DNA of 63,983 bases, filler included, from a bacterium (GTDB lineage Bacteria > JADJOY01), in assembly GCA_046331705.1 (NCBI GenBank). It is 3 parts of 3 records of this genome, joined end to end, with 100 filler letters (N's around TTAATTAATTAA, not from the genome) between each part and the next. Parts side by side here need not be neighbours in the genome. Positions count along the whole stretch, not along the records: positions 49,632 to 63,983 come from JAXLQJ010000100.1; 2 more parts are not named here. One strand, written 5' to 3'. A model generated the notes under the pieces. That model was not told the DNA's origin, made no database searches, and worked only from the letters and a program-made list of their open reading frames with translations. This document shows, in pieces, positions 57,311 to 63,983 of this stretch. The position numbers and the translations under genes were made by a program. Numbering within the stretch: position 1 is the stretch's first letter; each line of letters starts with the position of its first letter.

Positions 57311-57642
57311 GCTCGCAGATCGCGCTTCCGCAAGCGTCCCCGGTACCGAACTGGAGCAAGCGGTCGCCTGAATCAGACGAAACTAAACGTGACGAGTTGA
57401 GGCGGTCGCACAATCGGGCGGTTGCCACCCGATGCCCATGAGTTCTCTTGCCGAACGGCACTGGTGGCGTTTGAGGTAGATCATGAGATTTGGTGGAAGA
57501 ATCTGGCGCTTCTGGTGTCATCGGCAATCAACTGTTCGAGATGTGGCGGGCTGAAGGGCTCAGTTGCAGCGTGCAATAAAACGTCTGGCGGAGGAGGTCT
57601 TGGACGGTGTGCCGGCGCGGCGGCACCCAACCCGGAACCTCC

Positions 57643-57664
57643 TGATTATTCCGCGGAATAATCA
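57643..57664. repeat. Perfect 22-bp palindrome
   Basis: TGATTATTCCGCGGAATAATCA equals its own reverse complement. Confidence 0.9.
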
Positions 57665-57805
57665 ATGAGAATCGATCTCGAGTAGTCGCTGGCGTGGGCG
57701 TGTTGCGACCGCTGGAGGAGCCGCGTTCGTTCGCGACGGCGGATGCGATCGTGGGCCCACCGAGGGAGCGGTGGGCCTCGAGGTCGTTCGCGCGGTTGCG
57801 CGTGA

Positions 57806-58579
57806 TCAGGGGTTGAGCGTCGGCGCGCCGCCGGGATTGGGGGGCGCGATCTCGCGCACTCCCTCGGGCGTCGTGAACTGGAAGAACGCGGCTTCACGGG
57901 CTTTGCCGGGCTCGATCTCGGTGAAGGTGAGCCGGTTCACGTTGCCGAACGGATCGAAGATCGTGATCTCCGTGACCAGATTGGTCGTGGGCTCGACCAC
58001 CACGCGGAGCTTCTGGAACGGAGCCGCTTTCTCGGGCGTGAGGTCGACGGCGATCCCGTCTCGCGGAGGCAGTTCCAGCTTGGGAAGCTCGGCGCGATAG
58101 CCCTCGCTCAGGCTGCCGGTGCCGTTCAGGAAGCCGGTGGGCACCTGCTTGAGCATCTCGGGATCGAGAGCGGTCTTGGTGACCTGGCCCTTGTCCGGCT
58201 CGTAGAACCAGAGCATCGCGCCGTCAGACACCATGAGCTGCGTCACCGGGCTCGTGTACGCCCAGCGCATCTTGCCGGGCTTGGCGAACCAGCACTCGCC
58301 GTCGGCGACGTCGGTCTGGCCGAGGGTCGCGGAGGTGAGCTCCTGGTGGAAACGCGCGTGGATGCCGTCGATCTTCGCGTAGCGCGCCTGGACCTTGTCG
58401 AGAAGCTTCTTGGCGTCCGTCGGCGGCGCTTCGGGGGCCTTCACGTCCGAGGCTGCGGCGGCGATCGGTGCCCCGATGGCGACCTTGGAGAGGCACGCCG
58501 GCGTGGGCGCGGCGATCAGGGAGGATGCGATCGCAGCAGCCGTCGCGGACTTCGAGACCCAACGGCCTACGGATGGCAT
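57806..58579 (-). CDS. lolA: Outer membrane lipoprotein carrier
   Basis: ARFHQ, KPGKMRWAY..P..Q.MVSDG..LWFY.P...Q, GNVNRLTF, FQFTTPEGV; directly after ftsK. Confidence 0.92.
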   Translation of the reverse strand: MPSVGRWVSKSATAAAIASSLIAAPTPACLSKVAIGAPIAAAASDVKAPEAPPTDAKKLLDKVQARYAKIDGIHARFHQELTSATLGQTDVADGECWFAKPGKMRWAYTSPVTQLMVSDGAMLWFYEPDKGQVTKTALDPEMLKQVPTGFLNGTGSLSEGYRAELPKLELPPRDGIAVDLTPEKAAPFQKLRVVVEPTTNLVTEITIFDPFGNVNRLTFTEIEPGKAREAAFFQFTTPEGVREIAPPNPGGAPTLNP

Positions 58580-58604
58580 CGTGCGGACTCCTCGTCGGTT
58601 CGCC

Positions 58605-61385
58605 TCACGGCGAGATTCGGTTGACCAGCACTTGGCGGGGCTTGGCTCCATCGGCGGGGCCGATGACGCCTTCGCGCTCCATCTTCTCGATGATGCGCGC
58701 GGCGCGATTGTAGCCAATGCGGAAGCGGCGCTGGACCAGCGAGATCGAGGCGTGACCGAGCTGTGACACGAACGCCAGCGCCTCGTCGTACTTCTCGTCG
58801 TAGTCGTCGGGACCGTCGATGCCGCCGTCGTCGTCGAGCGGCGCGTCGAGGATGCTCTTGTCGTAGACCGGTCGGCCTTGCTTCTTCCAGTGCTGGATGA
58901 TGCGCTGGATCTCGCCGTCGCTCAGGTAGCAACCGTGGATGCGCGTCACCTTGGAGGTGCCGGGTGCGAGCATCAGCATGTCGCCATTGCCGAGCAGCCG
59001 CTCGGCGCCGATCGAGTCCAGGATGGTGCGTGAGTCGGGCCGCGACGAGACCTTGAAGCTGATGCGCGCCGGGAAATTCGCCTTGATGACGCCGGTGAGC
59101 ACGTCGACGCTGGGTCGCTGGGTCGCCACCAGCAGGTGAATCCCCGCGGCGCGCGCCATCTGCGCCAGCCGGCAGATCGAGTCCTCGACGTCCTTGGACG
59201 CCACCATCATCAGGTCCGCCAGCTCGTCGATCACGATGACGATGTAGTGGAGCTTGGTGGGCGGCTCCTCCCCTTCCTCCAGGAGTTGCTCGCGGCGCCC
59301 CGGCTGGGCGTCGATGATCTTGAGCTCCTCCGCGATGGCGTGGTTGTAGCCATCGATATTGCGGACCTCGTAGCTCGCGAGCTTCTTGTAGCGCCGCTCC
59401 ATCTCGCTGACGCCCCACTGCAGCGCCACCGCCGCCTTTCGCATGTCGGTGACCACCGGCAGCATCAGGTGCGGGATGCCCTCGTACGGGCTGAGCTCCA
59501 GCATCTTGGGGTCGATCATGATGAACTTCACTTCGTCGGGGGTCGCTCGATAGAGCATCGAGCAGATCATGCTGTTGAGCGACACGCTCTTGCCGCTGCC
59601 GGTGGCACCCGCGATGAGCAAGTGCGGCATGCGCACCATGTCGGCCACCACCGAGTTGCCGGAGATGTCCTTGCCGAGCGCCAGCGGCAGCTTGCCCTTG
59701 TGGGTCTGGAACGCGTCCGAGACCAGGATGTCGCGCATGAACACGGTCTCGGGCTCGGCATTGGGGATCTCGATCCCCACCACCGCCTTGCCCGGCACCG
59801 GCGCCAGGATGCGGATGCTGGTCGCCTTCATCGCCAGCGAGAGGTCGTCGGCGAGCGCCAGGATGCGGCTCACCTTCACACCTGGCGCCGGCTCCAGCTC
59901 GTAGCGGGTGATGACGGGACCGGGCAGCACCGCCTTCACCTTGCCGGTCACGCCGTACTCGGCGAGGCGCTTCTCCAGCCGCTCGGCGTTGGCGAGCAAC
60001 AGATCGCGGTCGATCTCCGTGGAGGCCTTGCGCTCCTGGACGTCGAGGAGCGCGATCGGCGGCGGCTTCCACGACTTCGCTTCGCCGATGATCGGCAGCT
60101 TCTGTTGCACCGGCTTGGTGCGAGGCGGCTCGACCTCGTGCGCCTCCGTTGCCACGCCAGTGATCTCGGGCGGTGGCACCTCGGCGCGAATCACCGGCGG
60201 CGGGCCGGGCTCTGGCGGCGGCGCGGCGCTGGCCTCGCTCTCGACGATGGGCTGCGGCGACGCCACCGTGAGCGGCTCGGGCGCCGGCGGCGCCACCGGC
60301 GGCGAGGGTGGGGGGGCCGCCATGCGAATGGACGCGGTACGTGCTCTCGGCGGTGCTGCGGGTGCCGGCAGTGGAGCGGGCTCGGGCAGTGGCGTCGCCT
60401 CCGGCTCCGGGATCAACGGGCCGTCGTCGTCGGGATCGAGCGCGCTAGCGGCGTCGGCCTCCGCGAACGAAGGCGCGGGTGGTGTCTCGATCGTCGCCGT
60501 CGAGCGCCGTGGGGTGCGCTTGCGCTTCTTGGGCGCCGTGTCGTCGTCCTCGGTTTCGCTGCTCGCCGTGCGGCGGATCGAGCCTTCGAGGAAATCCAGC
60601 GCGGGGCCACCGAGCGCGTATTCCGCGGTGGACGCCGAGGCTCGCAGGTCGGCCACCGTCTCGCTCGCGGTGCGTGACGACTCGCCCCCCGTCCGCGCGG
60701 TGGTGCCGGCCGCCTCCTCGCTCTCCTCGCGGGCACGCGCCACGCGCTCGCGCACGTCGACGACCTGTTTGCCGATGGCGTTGCCCACGCTGCGGCTCGC
60801 CCGCGCGGTCTTGAGGCCCAGCGCCTTGAGAGACACCCGCGTCAGCACCACGAACGACACCAGCGCCACGGTGCCGAGCAGCAAGTACGTGCCGATCGGG
60901 TTGAAGACCGCTTCGAGGCTCGCCCCGATGATCCGGCCCAGCTTGCCGCCGCCACCGAGAATGCCGCCGTGCCCGAGCGTGGCGCGGTCGAGGATGCCGG
61001 TGAGACCGGCGAGCAGTGGCGGCAGCGCCGCGAGGCGCCGGCCGGGACTGCGCACGCTGCGCCCGATCATGAGCAGCACGCCCGACACCAGAATCGTGGC
61101 GGGGACGACGTAGCTCACGTCGCCGAAGGCCCAGCGCAGCGCCAGCGCGAGCGTCGCGCCGCCGCGGCCCGTGAGGTTGTGGACCGCGGGGTGCTGGCGG
61201 GGGGTGGCTTCGAAGAGGATCGGGTCGTGGACCTCGAAGGTCACCAGCCCGAGCCCGAGGAACACGGCGATCCCGATCAGCACGATCGCCGCCGCTTCGC
61301 GCTTGAGCGCGCTGCGCACTCCGGTGTCGGTTCGATAGCTGGCGAGCGTGAATCGCCGCTGGGTCTGCATCGGCCGCGTCTTCAT
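58605..61385 (-). CDS. ftsK: DNA translocase FtsK
   Basis: N-terminal TMs, Pro-rich linker, PHLLIAGATGSGKS, IDELADLM, ATQRPS, IGYNRAARII. ATGA overlap with upstream gene. Confidence 0.97.
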   Translation of the reverse strand: MKTRPMQTQRRFTLASYRTDTGVRSALKREAAAIVLIGIAVFLGLGLVTFEVHDPILFEATPRQHPAVHNLTGRGGATLALALRWAFGDVSYVVPATILVSGVLLMIGRSVRSPGRRLAALPPLLAGLTGILDRATLGHGGILGGGGKLGRIIGASLEAVFNPIGTYLLLGTVALVSFVVLTRVSLKALGLKTARASRSVGNAIGKQVVDVRERVARAREESEEAAGTTARTGGESSRTASETVADLRASASTAEYALGGPALDFLEGSIRRTASSETEDDDTAPKKRKRTPRRSTATIETPPAPSFAEADAASALDPDDDGPLIPEPEATPLPEPAPLPAPAAPPRARTASIRMAAPPPSPPVAPPAPEPLTVASPQPIVESEASAAPPPEPGPPPVIRAEVPPPEITGVATEAHEVEPPRTKPVQQKLPIIGEAKSWKPPPIALLDVQERKASTEIDRDLLLANAERLEKRLAEYGVTGKVKAVLPGPVITRYELEPAPGVKVSRILALADDLSLAMKATSIRILAPVPGKAVVGIEIPNAEPETVFMRDILVSDAFQTHKGKLPLALGKDISGNSVVADMVRMPHLLIAGATGSGKSVSLNSMICSMLYRATPDEVKFIMIDPKMLELSPYEGIPHLMLPVVTDMRKAAVALQWGVSEMERRYKKLASYEVRNIDGYNHAIAEELKIIDAQPGRREQLLEEGEEPPTKLHYIVIVIDELADLMMVASKDVEDSICRLAQMARAAGIHLLVATQRPSVDVLTGVIKANFPARISFKVSSRPDSRTILDSIGAERLLGNGDMLMLAPGTSKVTRIHGCYLSDGEIQRIIQHWKKQGRPVYDKSILDAPLDDDGGIDGPDDYDEKYDEALAFVSQLGHASISLVQRRFRIGYNRAARIIEKMEREGVIGPADGAKPRQVLVNRISP

Positions 61386-62614
61386 GGGCTGGCGTTGGTG
61401 GTGTCGGGAGTCGGTACCACGTCGAGGAGGAGGATGGCACCCTTGCGATCGACGGCGACCTTGGTCGGCTGCCCCGCGCGAAGGTCGCGCAGCGCGAGCA
61501 TCACGTCGCGCGGACGGAACACCCCGCGTCCGCCGATCCCGATGATCACGTCGCCGAGCATCAGCCCGGCGCTCGCTCCCGGTCCACCGACGTCGACGCC
61601 CGTGATCAGCGCCCCCGCCCCGGCGGTGACGCCGTACTCGACGCGGCGCTCGCTGCTGAGGCGGATCATGCGCACTCCCAGTGAGCCGCGGGATGGCGTT
61701 TGCCCCGCCTCGAGCGACGCGAGCACGGCCTTGGCGGCGTCGATGGGGATCGCGTAGCCGGCGTTGCGCCCCTTCACGCCAGGCTCGATCGCCGGAGTGG
61801 ATGCGATCCCCACGACCTTCCCCCGCTCGTCGAAGACCGGCCCGCCATTCGAGCCGGACCGGATCGCCGAGTCGGTCTGGATGTATTCGTCGAACGGGCC
61901 CACGCCGAGGTCCTTGGAGAGCCCGGTCACGAGACCGACGGTGGCGGTGCGCTGATCGTCCACCGGACAGCCCACCACCATCAGCCATTGACCGCTCGTG
62001 AGCCCATCCGAGTCGCCCAGCTCGACGGACTTCATCTGCTTGTCGCGCGCGACTTCCCGGGGCAAGCCGAGGAGCGCGATGTCGGTGTCGTGGTCGGTGC
62101 CGATCACCTTGAGCGGGGCCACGCGACCGTTGGTGAGCACGGCTTCCAGCGCTTCGACGCCCTGGATCGTGTGCAAGGTCGTGAGCACGTGCCCTCGTTC
62201 ACCGATGACGAAGCCCGAGCCCAGGTTCTCGGGTCGCGCGGAACCGCTGAACGTGTCGAGCGTCGCGCCGAGCACCGAGCGCGCGAACGCGATGGGCACC
62301 GCGACGGTGCTGCGCAGCACGTTCCACGCGGTCTCGCCCGCTCCCTTGCTGTCGCCGATGCGGTTGAACGGTGCCGCCAGATCGGCGGCGAGCCCGGTGC
62401 GCGGGCGGATTCCCACGATCGCGGGCTCCACCACGCGCACGATCCGCGTGAAGGTCTCGAAGACCGCCTGTCCCTCGGCATCCGCTTGCGGCGCGGGCTC
62501 GGCGGCGCCGACCGGTGCCGCACACAGGCCGGTGGTTGCCGCGACGAGCAGGGCCGCGCCGAAGAAGGATCGCCGGAACAAGGAGGATCCCGACGAAGCG
62601 CTGCTTCTTGGCAT
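61382..62614 (-). CDS. HtrA/DegP-like trypsin-PDZ protein with altered active site
   Basis: Signal peptide, LGSGFVI, LTTLH, DTDIALL, IQTDSAIRSGSNGGP, single PDZ (GLMLGDVI). Confidence 0.88.
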   Translation of the reverse strand: MPRSSASSGSSLFRRSFFGAALLVAATTGLCAAPVGAAEPAPQADAEGQAVFETFTRIVRVVEPAIVGIRPRTGLAADLAAPFNRIGDSKGAGETAWNVLRSTVAVPIAFARSVLGATLDTFSGSARPENLGSGFVIGERGHVLTTLHTIQGVEALEAVLTNGRVAPLKVIGTDHDTDIALLGLPREVARDKQMKSVELGDSDGLTSGQWLMVVGCPVDDQRTATVGLVTGLSKDLGVGPFDEYIQTDSAIRSGSNGGPVFDERGKVVGIASTPAIEPGVKGRNAGYAIPIDAAKAVLASLEAGQTPSRGSLGVRMIRLSSERRVEYGVTAGAGALITGVDVGGPGASAGLMLGDVIIGIGGRGVFRPRDVMLALRDLRAGQPTKVAVDRKGAILLLDVVPTPDTTNASP

Positions 62615-62717
62615 CGGGCGCGCGCATTCTAATTCCACCGCCCCGCTTCGGGCCACCCGCGAGCGGCACGCTGAGCGGCGGCAGGCGCGTTCGCTATCGG
62701 CCCGCCGCGGAGCGCGC

Positions 62718-63680
62718 TCAACCGTCCTCCTCGTAGAACGGCTCCTCGATCTTCTCCATCCAGCGCGCGTAGAAGCTCGGGATGTAGACCGGCATGCAGA
62801 GCTCGGGGTTGCCGACGACCTGGCTCACGTGCTGCCCCAGGGCGTCGCGCCGGATGTCGGGCGGCGAGCTCGCGTCCTCGATCCGGTCCCAGCGCGGTGG
62901 TCGCGGTCGCGACGGCACGTCGAGCAGGGCCTCGTATTCGAGCGTCGCCCCCTCGTTGGGCCAGAAGAAATCGCCGCCGCAACAGCTCGGGATGAACGTG
63001 AGGAAGAACTCGTCGTGGACGATCGCGCTCCACAGGTGGACGATGGCGCCACGCTCGGTGCGCAGCCGCGCCGCGGTCTGCGCAGCGGCCCGGTAGGCGG
63101 TGCGGTGATCCGGGTGACCGTCGTACCGAGACGTGGTCAGGATCCACACCTCGCGCACGTCCGCGGGAAGGCTGCTCGCGGCCTCCACGGCGCCGGCGAG
63201 CGCGGCCTCCCCGGCGGCGGAGAGCACGTCCTGGCGCACGCCATCGACGAGCCTCGAGCTCGTGACGAGACCCAGATCGGGCCCCCGTTCGAAGTCGATG
63301 GGAACGTCTCGTTCGGGAGCGAGCTTGCGCCACGCCGCACGAGTCTCGTCCTCGCGCAGCGTGATGATTCGCTCGGTCTTCTCGGCTTCCGGAAGGCCGT
63401 TGCAGTCGCCCGCGGTGGTGGCCTTGTCGCCGGCCGAGACGTAGATGGCGTGGACGAAGCGCGCGGATTCCGATGCGAGGCGGTGAATCGTCGCCGCGCC
63501 CAGAATCGACTCGTCGTCGGGATGAGGCGCGATGACGAGCAGCGCCTCGCGCGCGGCGTGCGAGCCCGAGGCGTCGCTCGAGCCGCCGCAGCCGAAGGAC
63601 GCGACGAGCGCGAGCGCAACCGTCACGAGCGGCGCGGAACCGTGCGCGGAACCGATGCGCGCTGGCGTCACGCGTGGCAC
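62718..63680 (-). CDS. PIG-L/LmbE-family deacetylase, predicted lipoprotein
   Basis: Lipobox-like SFGC, APHPDDE, REDE, GHPDH, HVSQ. Start uncertain. Confidence 0.82.
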   Translation of the reverse strand: MPRVTPARIGSAHGSAPLVTVALALVASFGCGGSSDASGSHAAREALLVIAPHPDDESILGAATIHRLASESARFVHAIYVSAGDKATTAGDCNGLPEAEKTERIITLREDETRAAWRKLAPERDVPIDFERGPDLGLVTSSRLVDGVRQDVLSAAGEAALAGAVEAASSLPADVREVWILTTSRYDGHPDHRTAYRAAAQTAARLRTERGAIVHLWSAIVHDEFFLTFIPSCCGGDFFWPNEGATLEYEALLDVPSRPRPPRWDRIEDASSPPDIRRDALGQHVSQVVGNPELCMPVYIPSFYARWMEKIEEPFYEEDG

Positions 63681-63855
63681 TCTACACCCACGATCTCGCA
63701 GGGAGGGGCCCGATCCCTCGCGGCCGCGTGGAGGGTTGCGATCCCTCGCGACCGCCAGCGCGACCGCGGCGGCGCCGGAGCGCGGTCGTCCGCGGAGCCG
63801 GAACGCTGCGACTCGAGCCGCAGGGGAAACGGCCACCGAGGAAGACGAGGGGGAC

Positions 63856-63983
63856 ATGGAAGACGCCACCGGAGGATGCCTGTGCGGTGCCGTGCGTTAC
63901 CGCGTGCGGGCACCGCTTCGAAACGTCGTGAACTGCCATTGCGGCCAGTGCCGACGCTGGCACGGCCACGTGGGTGCCTACAC
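63856..63983 (+). CDS. GFA/CENP-V family protein, runs off window
   Basis: GAGG RBS; manual translation MEDATGGCLCGAVRY...NCHCGQCRRWHG. Confidence 0.9.
   Translation, partial: MEDATGGCLCGAVRYRVRAPLRNVVNCHCGQCRRWHGHVGAY

Noticed and set aside
57643..57664. dif site near ftsK
   Set aside because: No XerD arm (TTATGTTAAA-like), and it is fully symmetric, unlike dif.

Overview
GC-rich bacterial sequence, most consistent with a Myxococcota/Deltaproteobacteria-type draft genome (inferred from gene order, DUF1844 and Cys-TM-Arg sorting tails). It is three contigs joined by artificial 100-nt linkers (N44-TTAATTAATTAA-N44 at 24895-24994 and 49532-49631). The last 24 nt of contig 1 equal the first 24 nt of contig 3, which rejoins a split TM-TPR gene, so contig 2 is probably not between them in the genome. 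Contig 1 carries cobA-hemD and hemB (each followed by an ECF sigma/ZAS anti-sigma pair), an RcnA-like Ni/Co transporter, two divergent GH-A-like paralogs with TSP3 repeats and sorting tails, several lipoproteins and two alpha/beta hydrolases. Contig 2 is mostly housekeeping: alaS, bamD, a Gld-like ABC system, dnaK, DUF1844, clpB, a penicillin acylase, tRNA-Gln, prs, rplY, pth, rpsF, rpsR, rplI, dnaB. Contig 3 has two B12-binding radical SAM genes, a membrane/beta-propeller gene, an RHH-PIN toxin-antitoxin pair, a cassette-like gene between two degenerate attC-like repeats, lolA, ftsK, an HtrA-like protein lacking the canonical catalytic Ser, a PIG-L lipoprotein and a partial GFA gene. Most long ORFs in the supplied track are antisense shadows. 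Family calls come from motif recognition by eye; no searches were run.
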